From the sequence record SRR33789315_68: a stretch of 62,205 bases of DNA, one strand, 5' to 3'. The notes beneath the pieces are model-generated. The model had not been told where the DNA came from and ran no database searches. It saw only the letters and a list, made by a program, of their open reading frames with translations. Shown one piece after another: positions 48,741 to 60,080 of this stretch. Each line of letters begins with the position of its first letter. Within the stretch, counting starts at the first letter, position 1. A program made the translations under genes and the position numbers.

Positions 48741-49958
48741 TTAAATACCTGCAACACCAGATTTAATTGCCGCTTCAGCAACCGCTTTGGATACAACATC
48801 AAATAAGCGCGGATCCATGGGTTTGGGTATTATATACTCTTTACCAAATGTGAGTTCAGTCATACCCGATGCTTCAAGCACATATTTGGTCACTGGTAAT
48901 TTGGCGATAGAGCGAATGGCCTCAACGGCTGCCATTTTCATCTCGTCATTGATTGTGCTGGCTCTGACATCTAATGCACCACGAAAAATAAACGGAAAAC
49001 ATAATACATTATTCACCTGATTGGGGTAATCGGAACGCCCTGTAGCCATAATCAGATCAGTGCGAGCTGCCAGTGCCAACTCTGGTTTAATTTCAGGGTC
49101 AGGGTTTGAACAAGCGAATACCACAGGCTTTGGTGCCATTAATTTTAGGGTTTCGGCCGACAATAAATTGGCCCCCGATACCCCAACAAAAACATCGGCC
49201 CCTGTCATGGCATCGTCCAGAGTACGTTTGTCGGTATTATTGGCAAACAACAGTTTATATTCATTTAAATCTGCTCGTTGGCTATGAATGATACCTTGAC
49301 GATCCAACATATAAATATGCTCACGTTGCGCACCACACTTGATCAATAGCTCCATGCAAGCAATGGCTGCCGCACCAGCACCAAGACACACGATAATGCT
49401 ATCCTGTATTTGTTTTCCTTGAATTTCTAAGGCATTTAACATGGCAGCTGCGGTGACAATAGCAGTGCCGTGTTGATCATCATGAAAAACCGGCACCTTA
49501 CAACGTTTGATGAGTTCACGTTCTATTTCAAAGCACTCGGGCGCTTTAATATCTTCCAGATTGATACCCCCAAAGGTATCCGCAATGTTCGCCACCGTAT
49601 CAATAAATTCTTGGTTGGTAGTATGATTGACTTCAATATCAAATGAATCAATATTGGCAAAGCGTTTGAATAATAAAGCTTTGCCTTCCATCACGGGCTT
49701 AGAGGCCAGCGGGCCTAAATTACCTAAACCTAAAATTGCCGTACCGTTGGTAATCACTGCCACGGTATTACCTTTGGCCGTATATTGATAAACAGTTTCG
49801 GGATTTAATGCTATTTCTCTTACCGGTTCAGCCACACCCGGACTATAAGCCAAGGCCAAATCATGAGCGGTTTCAGCCGCCGTGGTTAAAGCAATGCAAA
49901 TTTTTCCTGGTCTAGGTAGGGCGTGGTAGTTTAAAGCTTGTTGTCTGAAGTCTGACAT
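48741..49958 (-). CDS. NAD(P)-dependent malic enzyme (MaeB-like, no PTA domain)
   Basis: [56 protein letters not shown]. Confidence 0.93.
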   Translation of the reverse strand: MSDFRQQALNYHALPRPGKICIALTTAAETAHDLALAYSPGVAEPVREIALNPETVYQYTAKGNTVAVITNGTAILGLGNLGPLASKPVMEGKALLFKRFANIDSFDIEVNHTTNQEFIDTVANIADTFGGINLEDIKAPECFEIERELIKRCKVPVFHDDQHGTAIVTAAAMLNALEIQGKQIQDSIIVCLGAGAAAIACMELLIKCGAQREHIYMLDRQGIIHSQRADLNEYKLLFANNTDKRTLDDAMTGADVFVGVSGANLLSAETLKLMAPKPVVFACSNPDPEIKPELALAARTDLIMATGRSDYPNQVNNVLCFPFIFRGALDVRASTINDEMKMAAVEAIRSIAKLPVTKYVLEASGMTELTFGKEYIIPKPMDPRLFDVVSKAVAEAAIKSGVAGI

Positions 49959-50044
49959 GAATGTTTTCCGCTTGCAGTAGGGTTATTTTTTATTGGCTGT
50001 TGCAACACCTTAGTTGCAAAATCAGTATTGTAGCGGCCTAAAGA

Positions 50045-50461
50045 TCAGTTATTTTCTTCTACAAATTCAATCAAATTGCCTGCGCAATCTCGTAAAAAGC
50101 AGCCTTTACCAAATTTTTCACGGACCACAAAAGCAACATCAGCGCCTTTATTTTGCACTGCTTGTAAAAATACTTCGAGATCTTGCACTCGAAAAGCCAC
50201 GTGTTTATTGCCGTGGGTTTTTACATCGCTTGGCGGATAACGTCTATCATCCGGCAAAGGTAAAGCGCCCTGTACCGCAAAAATTTCAAAACGCAGTGGC
50301 CCACGTTTAACCATGGCCACATCTGCATTGGCGGCGTCAATGTGAAAACGCCTCTCCAGCTCAAAACCCAGTATTTCACCATACCAACTGATCGCCTCAT
50401 CTAAATTTGGCACACTCACGCCACCATGATGAAAGGTAAATTCTGGGGTTGCCTGTGTCAT
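50045..50461 (-). CDS. VOC/glyoxalase family protein
   Basis: FHHGGVSVPNL; KHVAFRV; FLRDCAGNLIEF; start MTQAT. Confidence 0.88.
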   Translation of the reverse strand: MTQATPEFTFHHGGVSVPNLDEAISWYGEILGFELERRFHIDAANADVAMVKRGPLRFEIFAVQGALPLPDDRRYPPSDVKTHGNKHVAFRVQDLEVFLQAVQNKGADVAFVVREKFGKGCFLRDCAGNLIEFVEENN

Positions 50462-50463
50462 GT

Positions 50464-51615
50464 TTACTCCATCTCTGCAAAGGTTTGTGCACACCAGTCG
50501 GCAATATAATCGCGCATCACCGTGCCATTATCAGCGCCACAATGTTCAATCTCAAAATCGGCTTCAGTAAATATACGTAAATGCCGTTTACTGCTATTCA
50601 CCGCCTGATCATAACTTCGATGGGCGTTATGCAAAGGAATTTGCCTATCGCCAGCGCCATGTGTGACCAAAAATGGCATTTTCAATTTCTCAATCTGACC
50701 ATCCAAGGTGACATTGGGCATATAGGCCATAAAGTCTTCCATATTGTCTTTGCCCCATACCCACATCACGTGGTCCCAATAATGAGGAACGGGATTTTCA
50801 CCATCTTTTTCAAGACGTTCTTTTTGCCGTTCGCCCCATATGTGGTTAGCACCCATCACCGCACACAAAGCAAAACGCGGTTCATTGGCAGCAGCACGGG
50901 GAGCATAATAACCACCCAAAGACAAACCAAACATGCCAATTTTATTAGCGATAACATCCGACCTTGATGCCAAATATTCCCATGCTGGTGTGGCCCAACG
51001 TTCGGTATCATATACCGCCGCTAATCCTCTTTTACGTAATGCTTCACCGGTACCTGGCTGATCAATCAATAAGGTATTAATACCACGGCGTAGATTTTCA
51101 ATGCCATGGCCTGCCATCATGACTTGTTCTTTCATTGAATCTAGCCCATTACATGACACTAATGCCGGGCGCGGAGTACCGCTGCCATCGTGGACAAAAA
51201 TAGCGGGATAACTGCTGCCTTCATAAGGAATGTCGATGAAGTCCACATGCAGACCACTGCACTCAACGTATTTTTTATATAAGGCTAAACCCTTATCATA
51301 GGCAGCCCAACGTGGAGCATAATCCCGTGACTGCATACGTTCTGCTGACAAATAGTAGCCAAAAGCGCGACCATATTTAGTTCCAGCTGATAACAAATAA
51401 CCCTCTGCTTCGTCGGCTTCAGCGTTTTTACACACTTGATCGGCCACTGCAATCCAGCTATCAAATAATTTGGCAGTGCCTGCATCACCACCCGCCGCGG
51501 CAGCTTCAATAATGGGCCGACACGCCGCATCCACTTCACCGTGGTTGCCGCCACAGACTAAGGCCAAATTAACTTGTAAATTCCAAATATAATTACCTTT
51601 AAAAGGTTCAAACAT
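50464..51615 (-). CDS. Alpha/beta hydrolase, 2,6-dihydroxypseudooxynicotine-hydrolase-like
   Basis: NGLDSMKE; DQPGTGEA; GLSLGGYYAPRAAA; late EHC His. Confidence 0.85.
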   Translation of the reverse strand: MFEPFKGNYIWNLQVNLALVCGGNHGEVDAACRPIIEAAAAGGDAGTAKLFDSWIAVADQVCKNAEADEAEGYLLSAGTKYGRAFGYYLSAERMQSRDYAPRWAAYDKGLALYKKYVECSGLHVDFIDIPYEGSSYPAIFVHDGSGTPRPALVSCNGLDSMKEQVMMAGHGIENLRRGINTLLIDQPGTGEALRKRGLAAVYDTERWATPAWEYLASRSDVIANKIGMFGLSLGGYYAPRAAANEPRFALCAVMGANHIWGERQKERLEKDGENPVPHYWDHVMWVWGKDNMEDFMAYMPNVTLDGQIEKLKMPFLVTHGAGDRQIPLHNAHRSYDQAVNSSKRHLRIFTEADFEIEHCGADNGTVMRDYIADWCAQTFAEME

Positions 51616-51623
51616 ACTTTCTC

Positions 51624-52406
51624 CTATTCAGCGGTCCAGCCGCCATCCACAATCAAACTAGTACCGGTTACCAAAGACGATGCATCAGAGGCTAAAAAAA
51701 CTGCCGCCCCCATTAAGTCTTCAACCTGGCCTAAACGGCCCAATTTAATTTTTGTTAATACCGATGCTAAAAAGTCTTTATCTGCAAAAAAAGGTTTAGT
51801 TAGTGGTGTTTCAATAAAGGTCGAGGCAATAGTATTGGAACGGATCCCAAAGGGAGCCAAATCCAGTGCTAAACTTTTATTAAACCCCTCTAGTCCCCAT
51901 TTTGAAGCACAATACAATGAGCGATTTGGCCCTCCGACATGCCCCATTTGTGAACTGATATGGATCACACTACCCTTGGTTTTTTCCGCAATCATCTGTT
52001 TCACGCAGGCCTGCGTTACAAAATAAGCACTTTTTAAATTGAGGCTTAGTACCGCATCATAATCTTCTTCGCTAACATCCATTATCGGTTTGGGTCTGTT
52101 AGTACCGGCGTTGTTAATCAAGACATGAAAGGCAGGGCGGCTGGCAAAAAAGGTTTTTACTGCCACTAAATCACTGACATCTAAACACACCGCTTGGGCT
52201 TGCCCTCCGGCCTTAACAATGGCCGCTGCTGCGGCATTGATTTCCGGCGCTGTGCGAGCCACCAAGGTTACCTTGGCCCCCATATCTGCCAAGGCAGCGG
52301 CCAGTGCCAAGCCAATACCACGACCAGCACCGGTCACTAAGGCTTGTCGTCCATCCAGACGCAAACTGGGCATTTTTGGCAGTTTTATTTCTTCTACGTC
52401 AGTCAT
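51624..52406 (-). CDS. SDR oxidoreductase (HpsO/gluconate-5-dehydrogenase-like)
   Basis: Start MTDVEE just after the upstream stop; TGAGRGIG; NNAG; SSQMGHVG; YCASK. Confidence 0.9.
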   Translation of the reverse strand: MTDVEEIKLPKMPSLRLDGRQALVTGAGRGIGLALAAALADMGAKVTLVARTAPEINAAAAAIVKAGGQAQAVCLDVSDLVAVKTFFASRPAFHVLINNAGTNRPKPIMDVSEEDYDAVLSLNLKSAYFVTQACVKQMIAEKTKGSVIHISSQMGHVGGPNRSLYCASKWGLEGFNKSLALDLAPFGIRSNTIASTFIETPLTKPFFADKDFLASVLTKIKLGRLGQVEDLMGAAVFLASDASSLVTGTSLIVDGGWTAE

Positions 52407-52407
52407 A

Positions 52408-53736
52408 TCAAGCTCGAGTTTTATCACTTGGGCTCGCGGTACCGGCATAAGGCACATCACGTTTGCCGTAACGGCGCACTCGAATATTGGCTTGTTCGCC
52501 ATGCCCAGAAAAACCCTCTAGGCCGCATAAACGGGAGCAATATTCACCCACTAAAGCAGATGCTTCATCGGTGACGACTTTTTGATAGGTACAGGTTTTC
52601 AAAAATTTACCTACCCACAAGCCACCAGTAAAACGGGCTGACTTTTTAGTGGGTAAGGTATGGTTAGTGCCAATGACTTTATCGCCAAAAGAAACGTTGG
52701 TGCGCGGCCCTAGAAACAAGGCACCAAAGTTAGTCATATTTTTCAAAAAATAATCTGGGTCACTGGTCATCACTTGCACATGTTCAAAGGCAAGTTCATC
52801 GGCGATTTTCACCATCTCTTCGTAGCTCTCTGCCACAATCACTTCGCCATAGGTTTCCCACGCTTTACGTGCAATATCCGCGGTGGGCAGAATCTCTAAT
52901 AAACGCTCAATTTCAGCCATGGTTTCGCGGGCCAGTTTTTCAGAGTTAGTTAACAAAATACCTGGGCTGTCTGGACCATGTTCAACTTGGCCAAGAATAT
53001 CCGTTGCGCATATTTCACCATCTACCGATTCATCCGCAATAATCAGCGTTTCAGTCGGACCGGCAAATAAATCAATGCCTACACGGCCAAACAGCTGACG
53101 TTTTGCTTCTGCCACAAAGGCATTACCTGGACCAACCAAAATATCGATAGGATCAATAGTTTGTGTCCCTAAAGCCATGGCACCTACTGCCTGAATACCA
53201 CCTAAAGCATATATCGCATCGGCTCCGGCCAAGGCTTGTGCGGCAACAATGGCAGGGGCAGGTTTACCTTTAAATGGGGGGGCGCAAGTGATAACTCGTT
53301 TTACTCCAGCCACTTTAGCAGTAATCACTGACATATGGGCAGAGGCTAATAAGGGGTATTTCCCCCCAGGCACATAACATCCCGCCGCATTAACTGGTAC
53401 ATTTTTATGGCCTAAAATAACCCCTGGCATGGTTTCGACTTCAACATCTAATATTGATTTACGTTGAATTTGTGCAAAATTTTTGACTTGGGCTTGAGCA
53501 AATTCAATATCCTTTAAATCTTGTTTTGACAAGGTATCGATACAGGCTTGGATCTCACGTTCACTCAGTTGATAGTCTTCACGATCCCAGCCATCAAATT
53601 TAATGGATAAATCCCGCACTGCGGCATCACCACGTTGATCTATATCCGCTAAGGTAGCTTCCACAATATCTCTTACTTTACGATCTGCATCTGCTTTAAA
53701 CTCCGCGGCGGCGCCGCGCTTTAACCAAACAGCCAT
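52408..53736 (-). CDS. hisD: Histidinol dehydrogenase family paralogue (HpsN/sulfopropanediol dehydrogenase-like)
   Basis: [46 protein letters not shown]; no other his genes nearby. Confidence 0.88.
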   Translation of the reverse strand: MAVWLKRGAAAEFKADADRKVRDIVEATLADIDQRGDAAVRDLSIKFDGWDREDYQLSEREIQACIDTLSKQDLKDIEFAQAQVKNFAQIQRKSILDVEVETMPGVILGHKNVPVNAAGCYVPGGKYPLLASAHMSVITAKVAGVKRVITCAPPFKGKPAPAIVAAQALAGADAIYALGGIQAVGAMALGTQTIDPIDILVGPGNAFVAEAKRQLFGRVGIDLFAGPTETLIIADESVDGEICATDILGQVEHGPDSPGILLTNSEKLARETMAEIERLLEILPTADIARKAWETYGEVIVAESYEEMVKIADELAFEHVQVMTSDPDYFLKNMTNFGALFLGPRTNVSFGDKVIGTNHTLPTKKSARFTGGLWVGKFLKTCTYQKVVTDEASALVGEYCSRLCGLEGFSGHGEQANIRVRRYGKRDVPYAGTASPSDKTRA

Positions 53737-53764
53737 AATATTATCCTCAAAAAATTGATGTCCC

Positions 53765-54784
53765 TCAGGCCTGAATTGGCTTGCGGGTACTGTTACGTAT
53801 AATTAACTCACCCGGCACGACCACATGTTGAGCGCAATAGTTCGCCAATCCGCCTTTAAGCACAAAGTCGGTGGCGTGTTTTGCCATGGTCGTAGCCGAT
53901 TGACTAAAAGTAGTCAGTTGATAACTTGACCAACTGGCACTGGGCACATTGTCAAAACCAACAATGCCAATGTCTTTACCGGCCTCCAGACCAAATTCAT
54001 ACCGGGCCACATCTAGGGCAGCAAGTGCCATGTGATCGTTGGCACAAAAAATGGCGTCTGGTCGCTGTTTTCTACTTAATAATAGCCGTGTAGCCTGCTT
54101 TGCTCCCTGCCAACTAAAATGGCCCACTTCACGAATTGGCGCTGGCTTGCCCTGACTCATTAAATAATCAGTAAAGGCATCTTCTCGTTCAGAACTGGTA
54201 GATGAATCAACAAATCCAGCCATAAAGGCAATGTTGTGGTAACCGCAATCAAGTAGATGTCTGGCAATTTGGACAGAGCCATGGTGATTATCGCCAGTGA
54301 CCGAACTGCAATCCTGAAATTGACCTGTTCTGTTAAGAAAAATCACCGGGATCCCCGCTTCCTGACATTGTTTAGCCAAAGAGGATGACAACGTGGTCGA
54401 CATCAAAATCAGCGCATCAACACGGTAATGCAGCATATCTTCAATTTGTGCATCCACCTCAGCATTGGCTGTGGCAGTAAACACCAATAAACGTTGTCCA
54501 GCCGCCGACAAACTGTTCGACAAGGCCTCTAAGGCCAAGGTAAAAAACGAGTTTTCTAAATTGCCTAAAGCAACACCAACTATATTTGAGTGGCCCTTCA
54601 GCAAACTGCGGGCTAATTGATTAGGTCGGTAGCCCAGTTTTTGCGCTGCTTGCATCACTTTTATCCGCGTACTATCTGAAATGCTCGCGCCATCAGTAAA
54701 TGCCCGCGACACCGCCGACTGAGACACCCCTGCCAAACGGGCAACATCACTGGCTGCCGCCACTAATTTAAGTCCCGTGCTCAT
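53765..54784 (-). CDS. LacI-family transcriptional regulator (HpsR-like)
   Basis: [35 protein letters not shown]. Confidence 0.92.
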   Translation of the reverse strand: MSTGLKLVAAASDVARLAGVSQSAVSRAFTDGASISDSTRIKVMQAAQKLGYRPNQLARSLLKGHSNIVGVALGNLENSFFTLALEALSNSLSAAGQRLLVFTATANAEVDAQIEDMLHYRVDALILMSTTLSSSLAKQCQEAGIPVIFLNRTGQFQDCSSVTGDNHHGSVQIARHLLDCGYHNIAFMAGFVDSSTSSEREDAFTDYLMSQGKPAPIREVGHFSWQGAKQATRLLLSRKQRPDAIFCANDHMALAALDVARYEFGLEAGKDIGIVGFDNVPSASWSSYQLTTFSQSATTMAKHATDFVLKGGLANYCAQHVVVPGELIIRNSTRKPIQA

Positions 54785-54785
54785 T

Positions 54786-55085
54786 TTAAAAGCCCGTTAA
54801 AACACTAGAGACATGACAAACGTTAGGCGCTGCAGCAAAAAAGGGGCTCGCCAATTCGCGCCATTTAACAAAACCAGCGGATTCACGAAAGCCCACTATG
54901 TGGTCGTCGACACACTCCCAGCCCACCACTAAACGATAGCTATTTGGGCTTTCAATCACACGTTGTAATGCCAAACTCAGGCAACCTTTTGCCTCTTGAA
55001 AATAAGGACTCGCTTTTGCAACCGCTTTTTCAAACGCGAGTTCTTGACCCGCAATTACTGTTATTTCGGCAATTTCATAAATCAT
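54786..55085 (-). CDS. Antibiotic biosynthesis monooxygenase (ABM) domain protein
   Basis: 99 aa; FEKAV...GC...IESPNSYRL.V.WE.VDDH..GFRES. Confidence 0.85.
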   Translation of the reverse strand: MIYEIAEITVIAGQELAFEKAVAKASPYFQEAKGCLSLALQRVIESPNSYRLVVGWECVDDHIVGFRESAGFVKWRELASPFFAAAPNVCHVSSVLTGF

Positions 55086-55094
55086 GCTCTGGCC

Positions 55095-56075
55095 TTATTT
55101 CGCTTTTACAACTTGTTGGTTTATGGCACCAAAAACAGATTGTCCACTTGGATCAAAAACTTCCATGTGTACGGTGTCACCAAACTGCATAAAACCGGTT
55201 TTTGCTGCACCTTCATCCATTAACTCAATACCGCGACGCTCGGCAATACAAGAGGAGCCGATTTCACGGTAGTTACTATTTGACACTGTGCCAGAGCCAA
55301 TCACTGTGCCAGCGACTAAGGTGCGACTATGAGCGGCATGTTCCACCAACTCATTAAATCCGCAAGACATGGGCTCACCATTAGCAGCGCCAAATTGTTT
55401 ATTATTCCATTTAACTTGCAGATCTAAGGCAACTCGGCTGTTACGCCAGTTTTCACCCAATTCATCTGGAGTCACAGCTACAGGAGCCATAGCGCACGGT
55501 GGCTTGGCTTGTACCCAGCCAAAACCGGTTTTCATTTCAATGGGGGCCAATTTACGTAATGACCAATCATTGATTTGCACCACCAGTCTGATGTGCTTGG
55601 CCGCGTCTTCTGCGCCAATACCCATTGGGGTTTCATCCACGATCACCCCAAATTCACCTTCAAAGTCGATAAATTCATCTTCGCTGGTGAATAATGCAGG
55701 CTCAGTAGGTGCATAAAACTTATCTGACACCCCTTGGTACATCAACGGACGACCTTGTCTATCCATGGGTTTCATACCAAAAACTTTATCCATCAGCTCA
55801 CCATGGCAATCAAAGGCAGAACCGTCTAGCCATTGCCATGCTCGAGGTAAAGGAGCCAATGCATCGCTGGGATCAAAGGCAAAAGCGGCTGCCAAACTGC
55901 CTTCTTGCAAGGCAGCAAAACGCTCACTAAGTGGACCTTCAACCTCCTGCCAGTTTTCTAAGGCATGTTGCATGGTTGGTGCAATATCCTTGGCACTTAC
56001 GGCAAAACGCAGATTGCGCGAAACAATATGGAGGCTGCCATCTTTCGAGCCGTTTTTAAGTGTGGCTAATTTCAT
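55095..56075 (-). CDS. Fumarylacetoacetate hydrolase family protein (FdeI-like)
   Basis: MKLATLKNGSKDG; PLPRAWQWLDGSAF; IDFEGE; NDWSLR; GSGTVSN. Confidence 0.9.
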   Translation of the reverse strand: MKLATLKNGSKDGSLHIVSRNLRFAVSAKDIAPTMQHALENWQEVEGPLSERFAALQEGSLAAAFAFDPSDALAPLPRAWQWLDGSAFDCHGELMDKVFGMKPMDRQGRPLMYQGVSDKFYAPTEPALFTSEDEFIDFEGEFGVIVDETPMGIGAEDAAKHIRLVVQINDWSLRKLAPIEMKTGFGWVQAKPPCAMAPVAVTPDELGENWRNSRVALDLQVKWNNKQFGAANGEPMSCGFNELVEHAAHSRTLVAGTVIGSGTVSNSNYREIGSSCIAERRGIELMDEGAAKTGFMQFGDTVHMEVFDPSGQSVFGAINQQVVKAK

Positions 56076-56190
56076 TTTTCACCTTTTAAGTTCAGTAAGC
56101 TGATGTCGCATATTGACCTTAAATTGGTCGTAATTTTTCATCAGGTAGTGCTATTTTATTTTTTAACAAATTGTTAGCTAGTAGCCTTAC

Positions 56191-56239
56191 TTGCATAGCT
56201 ATGCAATAAAATATTGCATGCTAGATTATTTACTGTCAA
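56191..56239 (-). promoter_or_regulatory. Sigma70 promoter with a downstream LacI-type operator
   Basis: Minus strand TTGACA (56239-56234)-N17-CAATAT, then the perfect palindrome TTGCATAG|CTATGCAA (56191-56206). Confidence 0.65.
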
Positions 56240-56456
56240 TATAAATATTCAATTAAATCAAGTATTTACCAAACAAATACAGGTAATTTGTTTTATGAAT
56301 AGTTGTTAACTTAGAGTTAATACAATTTGTATTTTTACTAAGTTAATGCGTCAAGCGAGGCTTTTTTGAGCTGCTATTAGGCCGTTAAACGTCTACAGAA
56401 AAGTAACGTTTCAACAAGCTCTACTCAGCTTTAAATTTCAAAAAATTGGAGAACTT

Positions 56457-57395
56457 ATGAAAAATGTAATGATTACCGGAGCGGGTGGATTTGTTGGCCG
56501 ACATCTATGCGAACTATTGCTAAATACCACAGATTGGCAGCTTACTCTGCTCGACACTATGTTGGCTGAAGACTGGTTGGCAGATAATCAACGGGTGACC
56601 AAAATCACTGGCCAACTGCAGGATGCAGACACCCTAGAACGAGCATTTTCAAGGGTATATGATGTGGTATTTCATTTGGCTTCATTGCCCGGTGGCGCGG
56701 CGGAACAGGATCCTGAATTATCCAAAGTGGTGAATCTTGATGCGACCTTGGCCTTGTTTGAACGAGCCGCAGCCCAAGGTAACTGCCCTCGTATTGTCTT
56801 TACCAGCACAATTGCCGTACTGGGCGCACCGATGCCAGCCATTGTTGATGACAATTGCCTGATCATTCCGGCCATGACCTATGGCGCACATAAGGCCATG
56901 ACTGAGTTAGCATTAGCCGATGCCAGCCGCAGAGGATTACTTGATGCCGTTACCGTGCGTTTACCTGGCATAGTCGCCCGCCCTCTGGCCAAAAGCGGAT
57001 TGAAATCAGCATTTATGAGTAATGCCTTTCATCTTTTAGCAAAAGGACATGAGTTTATCTCTCCGGTCTCTGAACAAGCGACCTTGTGGCTGATGTCGGT
57101 GCAACAATGCGCCGCAAATCTAGCCTTGGGTGCCACACTAGATAGTACCAATATGCCCACATCAAGGGTAGTCACCCTGCCTGCGCTGAGGGTTTCAATG
57201 TCTGATTTGCTAGATGAAATAGTCTCTCAAGCTGGCGCATCCAAGCAGTTAATTAGCTGGCAAGCCGACCCTCAACTTGAAGTATTATTTGGTCAACACC
57301 CCCCTTTATTAACTCCTGCCGCTGAAAAAGCGGGTTTCAGCCATGATGTTGATTTGTCTAGTTTAGTAACAAAGGCTTTATTACTTACTGGCTAA
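56457..57395 (+). CDS. NAD-dependent epimerase/dehydratase family protein (extended SDR; FdeJ/DenD-like)
   Basis: TGAGGFVG; FHLAS; YGAHK; VRLPGIVARP. Confidence 0.9.
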   Translation: MKNVMITGAGGFVGRHLCELLLNTTDWQLTLLDTMLAEDWLADNQRVTKITGQLQDADTLERAFSRVYDVVFHLASLPGGAAEQDPELSKVVNLDATLALFERAAAQGNCPRIVFTSTIAVLGAPMPAIVDDNCLIIPAMTYGAHKAMTELALADASRRGLLDAVTVRLPGIVARPLAKSGLKSAFMSNAFHLLAKGHEFISPVSEQATLWLMSVQQCAANLALGATLDSTNMPTSRVVTLPALRVSMSDLLDEIVSQAGASKQLISWQADPQLEVLFGQHPPLLTPAAEKAGFSHDVDLSSLVTKALLLTG

Positions 57396-57716
57396 TTGGC
57401 TAGGTTGATTGACTGCCTTTTTTGGGTCGTATCACTCCGCTTAGAAGGGGCACTCTTATCCGAAGCAAATGTGATATGTTTCCAAAAACGTGTCACATTT
57501 AAAACTATACACTGAACAAATTGTTTACATTTGAATTACAAATTAGTTAATTGTGAGAGGGCGAGTTAGTCTTTCATGTCTATTACTAAACAAACTCGGA
57601 GACTTATTATGTTGTATTGGTTTATTGAGTACACACACAAACTTCCAAGCGACCACCTCAAGCAAAAAATACCGCGAATAGCAATTCGCTGTTCCTCAAA
57701 AAGAGTGTAACGATAC

Positions 57717-58916
57717 ATGAGTATTCAAACAAAAAAAGCAGGTAATCTGCAAGGTCTCGCGCTGATTTTCCCAGTCGTGCTGTCAGTGATGGGTGCTGTG
57801 TTATTAGCCCCCATTGTGCCTGCCTTAATGGAACAATTTAGTTATATTCCCAATGCCAATTATTGGGTACTTAGTTTATTGTCGGTACCGGCATTATGCA
57901 TCGCGATATTTGCCACGCCGGCGGGCTACATTGCTGATAAATTTGGTCGGAGACGCATTCTTATCTGGTCAATGTTTATCTATGCGTTTTGTGGCATGGC
58001 ACCGCTGATATTAGATAATTTTGTGGCGATCTACATTAGTCGTATTGGCGTTGGTTTGTGTGAAGCGGTAATCATGGTGGCATCAACCACCTTAATTGGT
58101 GACTACTTTGAACATGATCAACGTGATAAGTGGTTAGGCAGTCAAGCCGCCACGGCGTCTTTTTCTGCCATGTGCCTTTTTCCAATAGCCGGTGCACTGG
58201 GCAGTTTTGGCTGGCGCGGTCCTTTTGTTTTATATTCTGTAAGCTTGATTTTAGTTTTGGGCGTTATATTTTTCACCTGGGAAGTCAAAAAACCAAAAGC
58301 CGTTGAGACGAGTCAAAATGACATAAACACTCATCCCTTTCCGTGGGCCCATATGATTAAGGTGTGCTTGATCTCACTGATTGGTGCCATGATGTTTTAT
58401 ATACTGCAATTTAATTTGGGCAGTGCCTTAAAAGCTAACTTTGCAGTCAACTCAAGTTTAATGACTGGCATCATGTTAGCCATTGCCAGTTTAGGTGTGC
58501 CGATTGGTGCGGTATTTTATCGTTATGCCCATAAACGTTTGTCCATTTCCACCTTGATCATGGTGGAGTTTGGCATCCTAGCCATTGGTTTTATCTGTAT
58601 GTCAAATGCACCCAATTACCAACTTTTTCTGGCAGCAGGATTTATTAATCAATTTGGTGCAGGTATGGTATTGCCAACTATGTTGACCTGGGCAATGCGC
58701 GATTTGCAATTAAGCAACCGTGGCAGAGGAACCGGTATGTGGCAAGCCACCTTCGCCTTTGGCCAATTTGCCAGTACCATGTCCTTTGCTTTTGTGGTCA
58801 GTCAAACAGGTAGTGTCATGGCTTCATTTGGTGTGTTTGGTATTGTAGCGCTGGTTATGTGTTTGGGTACGGCGATGATGTTTATTTTAAATCGGCCCAC
58901 TGTCGCGCTGAAGTAA
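57717..58916 (+). CDS. MFS transporter
   Basis: GYIADKFGRRRIL motif A; about 12 TM segments. Confidence 0.9.
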   Translation: MSIQTKKAGNLQGLALIFPVVLSVMGAVLLAPIVPALMEQFSYIPNANYWVLSLLSVPALCIAIFATPAGYIADKFGRRRILIWSMFIYAFCGMAPLILDNFVAIYISRIGVGLCEAVIMVASTTLIGDYFEHDQRDKWLGSQAATASFSAMCLFPIAGALGSFGWRGPFVLYSVSLILVLGVIFFTWEVKKPKAVETSQNDINTHPFPWAHMIKVCLISLIGAMMFYILQFNLGSALKANFAVNSSLMTGIMLAIASLGVPIGAVFYRYAHKRLSISTLIMVEFGILAIGFICMSNAPNYQLFLAAGFINQFGAGMVLPTMLTWAMRDLQLSNRGRGTGMWQATFAFGQFASTMSFAFVVSQTGSVMASFGVFGIVALVMCLGTAMMFILNRPTVALK

Positions 58917-58949
58917 CTTAGCTAATTTGTAATACTTTAGTAGAAGTAT

Positions 58950-58979
58950 AAAGTAACCCTGTCGTTCAGGGTTACTTTT
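58950..58979. terminator. Bidirectional terminator
   Basis: aaagtaaccctg-tcgtt-cagggttactttt between convergent genes. Confidence 0.7.
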
Positions 58980-58988
58980 GCATTTCTG

Positions 58989-60047
58989 CTAGTCTACCTT
59001 CGACGACTTACTCTCAATCTCACCCTGACTTTTTAACATAGTGCCTAACACTCGTCTGGCTAACATCGCTGCCACGTCGCCACTGAGCGAAATAGGTTTT
59101 AGATCCCAAAAATCCTTGTCGCCCATCATTTTTTGCTGGGCTTCCAACATGGGTAAATCTTCGGTCGTAAAGGGTATATTCAAACCTTCAATTTGTTGTT
59201 CAGCAATTTTTTCTCCTTCTTTACCCATTTGCACAGGCATTGGAAACGAAAAGAAATAGTGGGTGGATTTTGCGCTTTCAGGAGTAAAAATATGCGGTAA
59301 TAAGGTTTCTCCTCCACCTTTTTTTCCTTCTCCCGTTGGGGTTGCGCCAGCATAAAGTAACATGCTGGCGGGTGCGTCCCATCGCACATCAATCCATCTG
59401 TCTACGGGTATACCATGTGGAATGCCCATGGCAGCATATAAAAAGTCAGGCATGATTTCGTTGATTGTTTGGCGGTAAGACCAAACCGTATTCCCTTTTT
59501 GCTCAACACTGGTAATAGCTTGACTTACATCGTCGCTGCCCAGTGTATCTGGATGTAAATACTGTATGTGAGATAGATCCAGTATATTGTCAGATTCCAA
59601 TACATAATTTGCTTTGGCAAGTAGGTACTTTTTAGCCACATAAAAATGAGCCGGATCCATACACTAAAAATCAGGTATTAGTGTTGCGTCGGCTTTTTCT
59701 GGCTCACCCATCCAAATCCAGACTAAGCTGTAACGCTCAACGACGGGATAACGCTTAACACAGGCACCACGGGGAATTTTGCCATCGCCATGGGGATTTT
59801 TAGTGCAGTTACCATCACCACCAAATTCCAAACCGTGATAAGCACATTGAACACTGTCGCCTAAATGTTTACCTGCCGACAGCGGCGCAAAGCGATGTGG
59901 GCAACGATTGTGTAAGGCATTAAGCTGATTTTTTGAGTCACGAAAAAATAGAATTGGCTCATCCAACAAAGTGCGAGTAAAGAGTTTGGCGGGTTCAACT
60001 TCACTATTCCACGCGGCCGCGTACCAAGTATTTTTTAAATAGTTCAT
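58989..60047 (-). pseudogene. VanA/DdmC-like Rieske oxygenase interrupted by one in-frame TAG
   Basis: Rieske CPHR...CAYHG in the 5' half; DNILDLSHIQYLH and EDLPMLEAQQ in the 3' half; junction reads PDF*CMDP in one frame (stop 59664-59666). Confidence 0.88.
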
Positions 60048-60080
60048 GGGGTTTCCTACTTTTCAGTTGGTGGTTTTACA

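Noticed and set aside
52408-53736. Histidine biosynthesis operon
   Set aside because: No other his genes; the sequence and neighbours are HpsN-like.
38932-60047. Amber (TAG) recoding or read-through suggested by three in-frame TAGs
   Set aside because: TAG is the normal stop of many intact genes here (e.g. those ending at 922, 16688, 19967, 21432), and the three sites correspond to different expected residues (Trp, Gln, Ser); nonsense mutation is simpler.
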